Origin: Phoronis australis
Taxonomy: Eukaryota; Animalia; Phoronida
Direction of reading: 5' to 3'
Assembly (NCBI GenBank): GCA_002633005.1
Contig: NMRA01000038.1
Coordinates: forward strand, 767,329-831,328
Length of the DNA: 64,000 nucleotides
Under the pieces are notes generated by a model. The model saw only the letters and a program-made list of their open reading frames with translations, had not been told where the DNA came from and made no database searches. Below are positions 22,301-33,414 of this stretch, piece by piece (the first letter of the stretch is position 1; every line of letters begins with the position of its first letter). Position numbers and translations under genes: made by a program.

Positions 22301-23563
22301 AAGAATGATAGAGTTAACAGAAATGAAATTGTACAAAATCAGGATCATGGTGGTCTAAAAATGGTTCATGTTAGTTTTTTTATTAAGTCTTTGAAAATAT
22401 CGTGGCTTCGTAAACTATTCACCTCAAATACCATACGTGACCTTGCAGAGGCAGTTTTGGGTTGTAAAGTTGATAACTTTTTTAAAATGGGAGACGCTTT
22501 CCTTAAAAAATTAGCTGAAGGCACCGACAATATGTTCTGGAAGGAAGTTTTAAGCGATGTTGTGCTCCTGTTTCAAATGTGTGACAAAAATGAAAATATT
22601 ATTTACTCTCCCCTGTGGTATAATTCAAAGATTAAAGTTGGTAAAAAATCTATTTTCTACAAGACCTGGTATGAAAGGGGAATCTATCGTGTGTGTGATT
22701 TGTTTAATGCTGAAGGTTCTTTTATGTCATACGAACAACTCTGTAATAGTTATAACTTTCAACCTCCAATACTAGAATTCTATGGATTAAGAAGTGCAAC
22801 CTTTGCAGCGTACAGGGGTCTTAAGAATAGACAAGACAACATCTTTTTACCAAATTTTCCAAATTATATGTATAAAATTTTACATAATAAATCACAAGCG
22901 GTAAATATTTATGACACCTTAGTACAGTCACTTCAGACAGCTTGTAAGTATAAAAACAAGTGGTCATCTGAGATAGATATAAACGGTGTTATAAATAATG
23001 TAAATTTTAGTGACTCTGATTCATGGTGGAGAAAAGTAAATAAACTCCCCTTCAATTGTACAAAAGATACAAAATTGCGTTGGTTTCAATACCGCTTAAT
23101 TCACAGAATATTGCCAACTAATAGTTATTTACATAAAATTAAAATAAAAACAAGTGATTTATGCTCTTTCTGTGGTGAACACAGTGAAACTTTTCTCCAT
23201 CTGTTTTGGGAATGTCGTCTTGTCTCCGTTTTCTGGCTCCTGTTTACTGACTGGTTAAAACAAACATATCATGTAAATTTTCATGTGGACAAGATAGCAG
23301 TGTTTTTTGGTTTTTTGGGAAACATTCAGTCGGAAAATTGTAATATTAATTTGCTGATCATGCTAGCAAAAAATTACATATTTAGCCAAAAGTTTGTTAA
23401 AAAAAATCTTAATTTCCAATTGTTCATAAACTTTATTAAATTACATCCTGAAGGAAATACGGTACTTGTTGAGTAATGATTTAATGTTATCTTTTGTAAA
23501 CGATGTATAGTATATTGTTTGATTTGACTTGTAATTATCATGCTAGAGCAAAAAAAAAAAAAA
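19341..23563 (+). mobile_element. 5'-truncated Tx1/L1-clade non-LTR retrotransposon
   Basis: Complete-looking ORF2, poly(A) at 23550-23563, candidate TSD CTTCATA at 19334-19340 and 23564-23570; no ORF1 upstream, only a T-rich spacer. Confidence 0.9.
19697..23476 (+). CDS. Tx1-type ORF2: APE endonuclease + reverse transcriptase + C-terminal zinc knuckle (1259 aa)
   Basis: SFNCRGL, CLQDTH, GDFN, RLDYF, SDH (endonuclease); KSPGPDG, WRPISLL, DFEKAFD, RQGDP, QYADD (RT); CSFC...H...C. Confidence 0.96.
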   Translation: MANNLKIASFNCRGLGTLSKRRDVFHYIRQRAYSIFCLQDTHFTVAEEPIIRAQWGYDCFFSHGRSDARGVAILFNSNFEFKVLSFTSDTAGNLLILELEVNNCFSIVLVNIYGPNKDSPQFFNDISQKIASYNNDFVVVCGDFNLVQDFHLDCHNYISVNNPKARDQMLEMKVALDLTDPWRVYHPSAKKFTWSRTNPVKKARLDYFLVTQQLLSRIEKVEIQSGYRSDHNNVVLTIQLTTFKKGPGFWKFNNSLLKDKEYINLVKNEILCTKKQYALPVYDLNKIQAIDSNNLQFYISDQLFLETLLLNIRTATIPYCIYQKKEKNRKGKDLEEQLMSLQDRFNESDDPEIAVLLENKKSEYEDYRREYMHGVMVRSRANWVENGEKPTKYFCALEKRNFVNKNVTKLISSNNAVIKEQSAILSEITSFYKNLYSCKDGDLVDVNLNERLASCPMPKLNQSNRVELEKFITLEEIHATLKDLKNNKSPGPDGFTVEFFKFFWPDLKYYLFRSFKEGINKGELSISQKQGIISIIPKENKPREFIKNWRPISLLNITYKLLSGCIARRLKGVLGPLIHENQQGFMKGRYIGENIRILYDVIQFLDCKPFPGLLLMIDFEKAFDSVSWSFILKALSYFNFGPRFIDTVKTLYNKSCLCVLQHGFFSEFFEMGRGCRQGDPISPYLFLLCVEILGNLIRRDGGITGVRIGVSEFKLIQYADDTCLILDGSELSLRSSLNLIDQFAKFSGLKPNIEKTRCVWIGSKKDSHEKLCVNENLLWTNKPFMFLGINFSTDYNTMPGINYSCRFLEIKKMVGSWSRRILTVLGKITVVKTLLLPKIVHLLQSLPSPSIDMIQELERVFFGFIWNGKNDRVNRNEIVQNQDHGGLKMVHVSFFIKSLKISWLRKLFTSNTIRDLAEAVLGCKVDNFFKMGDAFLKKLAEGTDNMFWKEVLSDVVLLFQMCDKNENIIYSPLWYNSKIKVGKKSIFYKTWYERGIYRVCDLFNAEGSFMSYEQLCNSYNFQPPILEFYGLRSATFAAYRGLKNRQDNIFLPNFPNYMYKILHNKSQAVNIYDTLVQSLQTACKYKNKWSSEIDINGVINNVNFSDSDSWWRKVNKLPFNCTKDTKLRWFQYRLIHRILPTNSYLHKIKIKTSDLCSFCGEHSETFLHLFWECRLVSVFWLLFTDWLKQTYHVNFHVDKIAVFFGFLGNIQSENCNINLLIMLAKNYIFSQKFVKKNLNFQLFINFIKLHPEGNTVLVE

Positions 23564-24520
23564 CTTCATAGAAGAGTGAACTAATCAAGATCTAATTGTT
23601 TATGCGAAACAGATCAAAACAATACTAGATTGAGTTTCAGTTTAAAAAAAAAAAGAAAAAAAAAACAAAAAAAACAACGGTTCTGGTGCTAGAAAGGCTA
23701 ATAAGCTGGCCTGAATCACCAACTAGGTTATTGTAGATGTAAGTAAACAAATTATCGATAGTAATTTAATTGGCACACCAGATAATTGGCGAAATGTGTA
23801 ACGAATAGCTTAAAATGCAATGTCTGCAATATTTTATGAACAGTTAATCGAACGCCTCTGGACTAAAAGATAGATAAGTTTGACTAAAAACAACAACTTT
23901 TCTAAAGTATAGCGTAAAAACATCCCCCGTTAAGCGTTAATCAGCCAATGGATGCCTGAGTGGCTACAGAAAATTATAAAACACGCAAAGCGACCTCACT
24001 CAATGCACAAGTTTCCCATATAGTCGTTGTCACTGTTACACAGAGTTGTGATTCGCTGATTTCTAGCCAGACCTCTTCTAGTATTTTTGCGTGTTTTGGA
24101 ATTTTCTATGTACTGTCATGTAACTATCTAGGCATCCGTTCTCTGAATAAAGGTTGACAACGGTGAATGCTTTGCCGCTGAAACACGTATCTGCATTAAA
24201 GAAAAGTTGTTGTCTGTATTCAAACTTTACTTGTGTGTTCGTCAGTGCGAGATCTTTTGGTAAAATTAGATAACCAATGATAGTTTTGGACCACTACAAT
24301 GAACACCCATGGCGGAAGTAATTCATCTCCGGTGCAGTCAAATGGGTCCATTTCGACGCCTCGCTTTGCTCTTGTTCAGTACTCCCTGGAAATGGCGTCG
24401 CACATTTCGAATGATTCAAATGTCGATCGAAAATTTTGTGGTGAAACCAAAAACCCGGTCCCCTCTTGTGAAAAAACCTTCATTCTGTGAAACCATACAG
24501 TGAACCACTCGCGACCACTC

Positions 24521-26428
24521 TCAGTTGAATTGCAAATTTCCGTCTTCTGTGAACTGATCTAAACAGAAATGTTTGCCTGGATGCTTGCATTTGGAAAACT
24601 TTTGCTTTGACGGATCGTAATCAGAATTTTGGTCAGTATTGGAATGTAAATGGTGAACGGCATGTTTATAAATTTCGTTCACATATTTATTGCGGACGAC
24701 GAGTCCAGGACTAGGAGGTGCCAGGACCCATTTGCCACCGTACATCACGCGTGTGTAGTTGTATTTGTATTGTTGTAAATATCGACTTCCAGCCACCCAG
24801 GTTGAGTTGTATACATCCGTATGCCATATGCTGTATCTGACACCGGCTAATCGTATTTCTAATTCTTTGTATTTGTTGTTATTTCTGTTAGTCGTTAATC
24901 TAAGAACACAGCCATTTTCCCTCCATACGGAACTACTGTTCACAATCTTGGCTACTCTGTCTACGGTATACACGTTGTCGAAACGAAGGTCTGTGTCCAA
25001 GTCCCACGGACACTCAGAGTTAAACTTCAACGCACACAGCAATGACCCGTCCGCAAGTTCTATGGGTACACCAGCATTTCCCGCCAACTCAATGAGAATC
25101 TGGTTACAGGTTCTTATTTTTTCTAGACAGCACGGTGGTTGCAAGAATCCAATTGAATCCCAAAAATTTGGGCAAGTCATTTCTGTCTCTTCACAGCTAT
25201 ATTTAAAGCTTTCCCCAGAGAATGTGTGGATTTCATTTAAACGGAATTGATTAGCTACGATCCTCCATTCACTTTTGAATTGTTTTCGTTCACGTCCAAT
25301 CTGTTTAACATGAAACATTGAATCAGGACAAACAACGTTTTGTTTGTTTTTTGTTCGGTTAAGGAAAAGTCGTTCAAAGAACAAGGAATCGTTATTTAAA
25401 CTTCCAAGGTCTTGCTCTAATTCTCTTTTTATCGCTAAAAAGGGTCCTTCAATGTGGTCGCAATACATGCATGAATCCAGGGACTTTGAATAGCCATAAT
25501 GGTACTCAAGGTGATAGTTTCGAAGCGACACCTCGTGGCAGCCGTGCCACCAATGGCCATTGTTGCCAACGCTCGCACCTCCTACAGCAGACGCGCCGAA
25601 TCGACTGGCGAAGCTTAGGAGTCTTTCCACATTGGTGTATTGTGTAAACCGATGAACATTGGGCAAAAGCAACACGTACTTTGTGCTGGCTGTTGAAACG
25701 AGACTTCTCCATTTGCTACCTTCCTCAGTGACAATGAAAGAACAATTTCGGCATAAATTCAATGGTAAAAACTGACTTTGTGAAATGACGGACACAATTA
25801 TTCGAACATCTGCATATCTGTCCCGGATCTGACTTACAAGACTTGTAATTTCTGATGGAGTATCTTGAATTGCGTTTATTAAGATCGTAACCATATTTTC
25901 AAGCTTTGTGGCGTCAGCACATGTCTGAATTTGCCAACCGTTTTCGTAATATATGTCGTTTTGCAACTTTATCTCGGGACATACTTCAGGTTTGCCCGTT
26001 TGAACGCCTGCTTCTGGTGCTCTTTGTGGAGAATATTGCTGAATCTGCCTCAACGTGGGTTTGGTGGCTTGGCCGTCTAAAGCTGTACGATTCTCATGCA
26101 TTTCTGACGTCTCCGGAAAACTTCGTAGTCTCAGACATTCGGTGACTTTTCCATCTATCTCTTCGTTTTTTAGTGCTTCTCTCAACAACAGTTGAATTTT
26201 TGGACTATCTGATAAATCGAGCGCTTGCTTTATTAGAACACTTGCTTCCTGTGAGTCATTTTCGTGACAAGACACTTGCACCAGGCTTTCAGTACATCTT
26301 TGTGACTCCCCACATTGTCGCACAGTCAAGAAACACAAGCAAACAAAGGCTGCGGAAGCGCAACAAAGTAACTTTTTAACAGAGATATATTTAATCCAGC
26401 GAATGCATGTGCACCGTCTTCTATTCAT
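24521..26428 (-). CDS. FKRP (fukutin-related)/LicD-family nucleotidyltransferase-fold type II membrane protein, paralog 1 (635 aa)
   Basis: Basic N-tail, hydrophobic segment LLCCASAAFVCLCFL, stem, GT-A-like domain (VTILI...STKYVLL...VGG...C..CD...GPF), YSC-x6-C...PPCC zinc loop, DGSLLCA...PWDLDTD. Uninterrupted ORF conserved with paralog 2. Confidence 0.88.
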   Translation of the reverse strand: MNRRRCTCIRWIKYISVKKLLCCASAAFVCLCFLTVRQCGESQRCTESLVQVSCHENDSQEASVLIKQALDLSDSPKIQLLLREALKNEEIDGKVTECLRLRSFPETSEMHENRTALDGQATKPTLRQIQQYSPQRAPEAGVQTGKPEVCPEIKLQNDIYYENGWQIQTCADATKLENMVTILINAIQDTPSEITSLVSQIRDRYADVRIIVSVISQSQFLPLNLCRNCSFIVTEEGSKWRSLVSTASTKYVLLLPNVHRFTQYTNVERLLSFASRFGASAVGGASVGNNGHWWHGCHEVSLRNYHLEYHYGYSKSLDSCMYCDHIEGPFLAIKRELEQDLGSLNNDSLFFERLFLNRTKNKQNVVCPDSMFHVKQIGRERKQFKSEWRIVANQFRLNEIHTFSGESFKYSCEETEMTCPNFWDSIGFLQPPCCLEKIRTCNQILIELAGNAGVPIELADGSLLCALKFNSECPWDLDTDLRFDNVYTVDRVAKIVNSSSVWRENGCVLRLTTNRNNNKYKELEIRLAGVRYSIWHTDVYNSTWVAGSRYLQQYKYNYTRVMYGGKWVLAPPSPGLVVRNKYVNEIYKHAVHHLHSNTDQNSDYDPSKQKFSKCKHPGKHFCLDQFTEDGNLQFN

Positions 26429-26799
26429 CGTGGCCCAGATTCACCTGTTGTGTCACTACAGTACTGAGTCCGTGTACTCAATGAGTACATCGACACAGTC
26501 TATTAAATGTACGGTGAGGTGACTTGTGTTGTTGCGCATCGTTCCATTGGACGACTTGCAGTTCGCGTACCATTATCCACTATCGATTGGACAGTGTAAA
26601 TCAAAATTGACAAACGTCGGAAAATCTTACATGAATACTATCCAGCTCCAGAAGAAAAAAAATCAGGTGTCAAACGCTCCAGTGGTTGCATTGCATGTTA
26701 AACCACTCATCAACGGTTACCCGTACTTATTGAGTACACGACACTGTTGATGTATTCTCGTTCGAACTATTGGTATATTACTATACAGAATGTTACCGA

Positions 26800-27140
26800 T
26801 AGGCGGATTTAGAGACTACCCTTGGCTGCCGAAAAAAATGAAACAGCAAGAACGTGAGGAAATATTGATTTCATTAACTAGAACCGGTAATTAATACGCG
26901 GTTGAGGGTTGGGTAGGCTCAGACACTGTTGTAAGTGTCCGATTCAGACCGCGGCGCAAGCGTTTCCCCTTTTTTAGTCCTCCCATATGGTTTTTTTAGT
27001 AGAAGGCCCACATCCTGAGAAGTTCGAAATTCGGGCTTCCCTAACTTTTAGGCTGCGAGCGCGCATGCATCAGTCATGCTTTGCGCAATTCCCGAGGCGA
27101 CATGTTCCCCCCCCCTTATGATATCCTAGATCCGCCACTG
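26800..27140 (+). mobile_element. GC-ended MITE (ggcggattt...gatccgccactg) inserted upstream of paralog 1
   Basis: Inverted termini; absent at the homologous position (~42515) of copy 2. Confidence 0.7.
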
Positions 27141-27469
27141 TCACCAACGTATAAAATGGCAATAATGTTTTGAGACCTGTCATGCCACAGGCATTGTCTT
27201 ACAGTAGGTTACAAAAGCTCGCAATTGCGCCCTCTGGTGCAAACCAATTCTACCGATAAAATATGAAATACCTGCGGGAGCAGACCTAGCATACGCCACA
27301 CACGGGTGAGCTCAATGCAAGTTCAACACAGGGTGTTCACAAGCCCCAAGTAGAGACCCAAATATTTTCAGTCTATGGGTGTCGTGCAATTTCTACAATC
27401 TCTTATAGAAGCATGATATTTGGATTTCTGTGGTTGTCTGCCCATTGCCGCGTGTCGGTAAAAGAAAGA

Positions 27470-27545
27470 AGTAGTCACGGGAGGCGGTGGGAGTAACGGT
27501 ATAACTCCAGATGAATGTAATATGTTCTACTGCGCATGCGCTATA
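27470..27545. promoter_or_regulatory. Candidate promoter block of paralog 1 (NRF1-like TGCGCATGCGC, GC-rich box)
   Basis: TGCGCATGCGC at 27531-27541, ~1.1 kb upstream of the ATG; conserved as TGCGCATGCA in copy 2. Confidence 0.3.
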
Positions 27546-27999
27546 TTCGACACCAGTCATACATTAAGGGTGCAAATGATACCCACTTTACCAAGGGCTT
27601 TATGCTAACAGGTAACAGGTACAGCGCTGCACGCAGCAACTTAAGTAGCAATTTCTGAGAGAACTATATAATCAAAAAAAAAATCTGCATGACCCGTCAA
27701 GGAATTGGCTGAAAATTTTCCAGTGGATTCATATCCACCTCAAACGATACCAACCGTCATAATACACTCACTGGCCGCTCTGTCTATTTTTAACCCCCCT
27801 CTGAAATTTTTAGTTGAAACGTAGAAAATTTGTAGCTTAAAGTGAACTACTATTAACACTAATACTTGTAGAGTAGGGATTGATATTCAATATTGGGTAG
27901 GAAATAACTCTGACAAACGGAACCACAACACCACGTTCCCTATCACTCCGGCTGGTCTGCTCACTCAGCTTGTCCGGAACCTGCTTTGCAGGTTGTTAT

Positions 28000-28255
28000 A
28001 GCCCAGTTGGCTGTTTGGTGTACCCACTTGGTACTTTATATGATATTTGCCCATTTGACAGTTTGTACCCATCTTATTGAATTTGCCGTTTTGGTCGACC
28101 CGCTTGGTAGGCAATCAGCCAATACTCATTTGATATTATGTACCCATTTGGTACTATGCTAACCTGTGCCACTTGGTATCCGATATTCAATTACACCTGG
28201 GTATCGTATGTGTATGTTATCTCTTGTAATTAAGGTACCCATTTGGTACCTTTTG
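28000..28255. repeat. Degenerate gtacccatttggta repeat array within a copy-1-specific insertion
   Basis: Multiple gtacccacttggta/gtacccatttggta variants; 27900-28350 has no counterpart in copy 2. Confidence 0.55.
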
Positions 28256-31200
28256 TAAAATAATTAATTGTAGAGCCGTGACCCTGAAATTCCTTATACA
28301 TCCTAAAATATATGTTATGCTTATGTTGTTTTATTTGTCCCCAATAATATTCATACCTCAGTCCAAAAATATACTTTCAAACAAATGAAATATAGCCTCC
28401 CCCCCCCTTTGTGTGGCATTCATTTTGTCGTACCACCTAATCTAAGTATCCAAACTCGAACTAAGTTATTGGTAATGATACAGCAAGTTGTAACAAAATG
28501 ACTCTTGAACTTTGTAGAAATGAGTAAAGGCTACAACAATTAAGGTCAAAAGATTGATCTTTTTTATTCAATACATATAAATTCAACTGAAAATGCGCCT
28601 GTTAGGTTTCCAAGTGTCAAAGACTTGTTTTAGTTGCCCAGCAATTTAAAATAAAAGTAGTGACTGAGTTTTTTAATGGCAGTAGAGACATTATTTAACG
28701 TGCACAATTCTCTTGTTCAGTTTCTTTGCTCTCAAGGTGTTTGGTTGTGTCAGAGTTGTGGTCAGACTCTTAGTGCAGAGTGTAATTTTGCAGCTGTAGT
28801 AGTAGAACTTCCTGTTCATGGAAATGTGACTGTACACTCCTTCACAGTTCTACGAAAGATAGTACTGTCGAATGTTGTTTAACACGGCTTCTCATTGGTT
28901 AAAGTAATGAAACCGAGGTCATAACATTCAGTCATTCCCACTGGTTGAAATCTGGGAAACCTCTATCAGCTTACAGTGTAGTACCAATTTTATCGATCAC
29001 CTTTGACTTGAATAGTTACATTTTATTAATACAGGCAGTGATCGAAGTAAACAAAATCAAGAGAATCCTGATCCAGTGGCACACAGCACCTAGACTACCC
29101 GGGTATAGTTAACTTAGGCTCGTCACCTCCTCGTAATACTTACATCAACATGTAGAGCTAACGGACCGGAGGGGGTGAATGCAAAATCTGGTAGTCAACC
29201 GACACTCACCTTATTCGTTGCAGCCGTTTAAGAGGAAACAATCAAATAGATGTCATTTTCTAGCATAATTCGCCGCTTTTTGTAACAAAGAAGTGTAATC
29301 CGTTTTTTGAAAAACAGCACGCTCCATTTCCTAAAATTTTGTGACGTCTTTCAGATGATGACAGCTTCGCAGCAGCAAGGTGTGTTCTAAAATTCGGTTG
29401 GCTGGTTTTAAAATACTAAAAACTTGTAACGAACTGAAACAAGTTCCAATAATTTGCTGTGACATGTGCGCAACCTTGTGTCGGCAGCGAAGAACAGTTA
29501 ATAAAAGAATCGGGTGGCCACTGATAAAGGTCAGGTGACGTAATCGCCAAAAACCGACTCAAGAGAACGCATCACAATTTTAGCAGCAACTGATCAACGA
29601 CTGCTAATTTTTCCAACACCGGTAAATAAGTTTGTTTAGACCTAATCAAGGATGAGAGTAGTTTTAATGACACTAATTTTGAGCCAGATTTTATTTGTCC
29701 ATTTTTACCCATATCGGCGAAAATCTGTACACTCGGGAAACCAATTTTCGTCCACTTATCACATAAAGCATAAAATAAATCGGCCTGTTGTATTACTCAC
29801 TGAATTATTCCACTTCAAAGTTATGCTCTGAATGGGATTTGAATTACCGCTCACAAATATATAATATTCGGTGATTCGCAAGTTTTCTTTATTTATGCCG
29901 AGTTGTTTCAACTGTACATTACTTTCCGTCAGTCATTTTATGATGACTCCTGTGGTCGTCACATGCTGCCGCCTTTTGTGTGAACACAAAAACATACAGA
30001 AAAAGGCTGAGAAAATAGTGGAAAGCGGTGTCCAACAATTCTAGTTCAGCCACAAACTGTTCTATTGTATAATATCGATTGTTTATTTCAGTTCCGGTAA
30101 AATAAATAATTTTGAAATTTAAGCGACATAATAACAAGAAAATGAAAATTAGAGATAATATGCGAACTATTTTATAACAAACATGTTCTAAATACTTACT
30201 CATCTTGTAACTGCTTTCATTTTCTTTTCAGTACTTCTTCATTCCCTGTTAACACCTTGCCAGCCAAAACAGAACTGTAACTCGTCGAGACTTGGTCGGA
30301 GGAAGTTGATCATTAGACCTCAGTACAGTTGTTCTAATAAATTACCGAATATCCTATTGTTTGAAATTTTTTCTCATCTTTAAAAGGCTTCTGCAATCAT
30401 AAATAAATAAGTACCCAAGTTGTGTTTGCGTTTTATTGCTCAATCTATTACTCTTATTTTTAATTATGTCACGCTATAGTGTATATAACAATGCAATATG
30501 GTGAAATAAAATCAATGTTTTATTTCATTGTTGACCATTCTCTATCAATTCAAGTATTTTAATTTTCTTCAAATAAATCCAGAATGCTTGAACCAAAAAT
30601 TCCAACATTACTGTTGAGTTCTGAATTGTGTTTTCTAATAAAAACCAAGTGGAAAATATTTTGATGGTCAATTCGAGGGCCGAAACTGTTAAGCACCCAG
30701 CGTGTTGCATTTGGCCTTATAGGTGTCGGTTAGTGCCTGGGACAAATAGGTACATTGCATAAACAATCCCTAGGGTGTTCTTTGTCCCGTCTGAAGGAAA
30801 GTTAATTTCGAATATATCTTCTGAAAATGAACAAAAAAGTGCATCAGTAAAGTCAACAAGTTTTTAAGAGGTTAAAAAAAAAACAGTCGGTAAATGCACG
30901 GATTTTCTTCTCATTTGTTCGATGCGTGTTTCTCCCGAGTGGTTAGTACCGAACGAGCAGACGAGCTCTCGAAATCGCAACGCTAAGTCCCGCGTGGCTA
31001 CGCTGCACACGAAAGAAAATGATGGACGACCATTGGAGCCTGACGGCAATAGGTACCCCGACGATATATTTAGTATACAGCTTTGGGCCAAGGCTTGGGC
31101 AACCCGGTGATGGTAAGCGATGACCATCCCTTAGAAGTAAGACACCATTTTCGAAGAGTTTGAACAACCAGGAGATATATACAAAAGAAAATGGCGAACC

Positions 31201-33263
31201 TTTACTGCACTGTGGCAATCAGTAAAAAGTAAGAACGACTGATACAATAATAAAATACGACGTAAACTCTTCACAATATGGCGTAAACAAAGAATGTGAA
31301 AAGCAGCCGATACCCCGGCCACCAGGCACGTCACTGACACAATAGCGGTCGCTGCCAGGAATTCAGTGTTTTGACCATAAATACGAATAGGCTTTTGTTT
31401 GGCGCGCATGTCGGGCAAATGTAAATTTTATTTGTATGTTGGAACCGATTAACTGACATTATTTTGACTACAGTACCCTTTTAAGCCCAAACGATTACAC
31501 TGCATTATGGCACGTGCTATTGGTAGCCATGTGATCGGTATACTTCCGATTAAGGCATGCGCATTGATGCCTACACACGGAATTCCGTGTGTGGTAACTT
31601 CGTCATGTTTCCACAGGCACACTTTTCAGCATAAGTAGTTCTGTGTCAGAGGGTAATATGACTGATGTAGTGTGCAGTTTTAAAAGGTATTCTCAATGAC
31701 AATGTTCATGAAGAGATCTCATCAATGGGGGAAGCAGCACAAGAAGTGTTGCAGAACTTACACGATCTACCTGTTCGGAGTGGGCCACTTTTCGAATGTA
31801 AACTCACCCTGGCCAGAGTGGACGTGTTTGATATATTGCTGTGTGGAGGAATGCACAATATATTGTTCACTTCTTTGGTTGAAATAAATACTCTTGGGCA
31901 TTGACAGACACACGTGTGATCTAGTCAGGAAAACTGCATTTGATGACACCCCGAGGCAGTGAAATGTTAGTCCTAAATGCATTTGGTAGGTGGGCACTAC
32001 ATGCAGGAAAACGGAGTTACAGATTTGCTCATGACGTGAAAGCGTTCTTGACGGAAAGTTTGCAGCTGGACAAAGTACTGGTGTCAAGTGTACCCCTGCA
32101 GCCGTGTCTAAAGAGATGAGGCTAGCTAAGAATGACCACGGAAAACGTTTTGAATGAGATAACTGGCTTAGAGAGCCGCATAGCAGTAGCTTCTTTTCTC
32201 ACACGGGTACCACCTCTATATCTAGCCGCGGGATGGAGATGCGAGAACCGTGAAAGGAGAAATCATAAGACCTGAACTATTACATGAAGTTCTGGAAAAC
32301 CTGGGTTAATACCGAATGATGTTGTATGTTCATAAATTTTGATTTGTTCGATACATCATATCCTCACATGAGTTTATTCTGCTGTAAAAACGGAAAAGTA
32401 CACAAAACATGTGCACGCACCCAGTCAGTGTTTCATTACCTGCAGTTAACACGCGTTATGTGTGTTGGCCTGTAGTAGTTTGGTAGCAAGTGCTTCAGTG
32501 CTACCTACACTGTTCATTAAAGAAGCTCTTTTGGTCTTTTGGCACATAATTTAGATAATAAGATAGGAGTTTTTATTCAGCTGTCTGCTGGATTCCTGTT
32601 TCTTGTAGACAATATCGTCTACCCACGATTTCTCTTACAAATAAAAATTATACTACGAAAAGTAATGTTAATTTTTCTGAGGTCATTGTTCTCCACAACA
32701 GAAAATTCAAACTGCACTTGGAATAACAAAATTCATGTATGTATTCTAGAGTCCATGTCCGTACTATCGTAAGTATGCGTGTTAAGTCCCACCTGCCGTG
32801 CAGGTAGTGGATTTTTTCTGTCCCTAGCCAACTCCACGAGTCGGAAAGGGAAAACGTTTTTGGTAGAACCTTTATTTCATTCGAACAAATTAAAAACGTA
32901 AGAAGTCTGGGCAGCCGGTCTTTCGAGGACATACCACTTTTGCCAGTGTAGAGTCCCGGGTCAGGGGCAGTAGTACTTTTTTTCCTTTGGAAGTGAAAAT
33001 TTCCCATTAGGTACGTACCACAACCTTAATACTTTTAACAACATGAATTGGCATCACCTTTTTACCGTGCCATAAAGGTATTTCCACTTTACCCATTCAG
33101 GCGTTACGTCACCATCAGTTCAACACTTTACGTTCCTGAGACATCAACAACGTGAAGGCGAAGTCCCTCCATGTTTACTAAGGGCAATTGAATGCCCACA
33201 GATTGACACTTCCCACCCTCTCCCATTCCGTAGCCAGCAAATTTGGCGTTTTTACCACGTAAC

Positions 33264-33414
33264 CATGGGGCGGATCCAGGATTTTTAGTTGGGGGGCAGG
33301 GCAGAGTATTAGCCAGGATTTTGGCCGTCAGACATTCGCACCCCCCAATTGCCAAATGGAATCTGGGAGAGGTTAGGGGGCATGGCCCCTTGGCCCCCTC
33401 TAAATCCGCCGCTG
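33264..33414 (+). mobile_element. Short GC-ended MITE
   Basis: catggggcggatccagg ... taaatccgccgctg, flanked by gtaac on both sides. Confidence 0.7.

Larger units (their letters stand above)
23678..32788. repeat. Segmental duplication, copy 1 (gene plus flanks)
   Basis: Colinear blocks: 23678-26795 with 39260-42515; 27140-27900 with 42515-43275; 28350-29080 with 43280-44000; 31520-32390 with 44000-44995; 32465-32580 with 47925-48043; 32682-32788 with 57789-57892. Confidence 0.88.

Noticed and set aside
23644-23677. Second A-rich tract as the true Tx1 tail
   Set aside because: The first poly(A) (23550-23563) is directly followed by the matching TSD CTTCATA; no TSD was found for the second tract.
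24759-25250. 163-aa plus-strand ORF and its counterpart at 40557-40922
   Set aside because: Antisense shadows of the FKRP-like CDS, with no independent motifs and different extents in the two copies.
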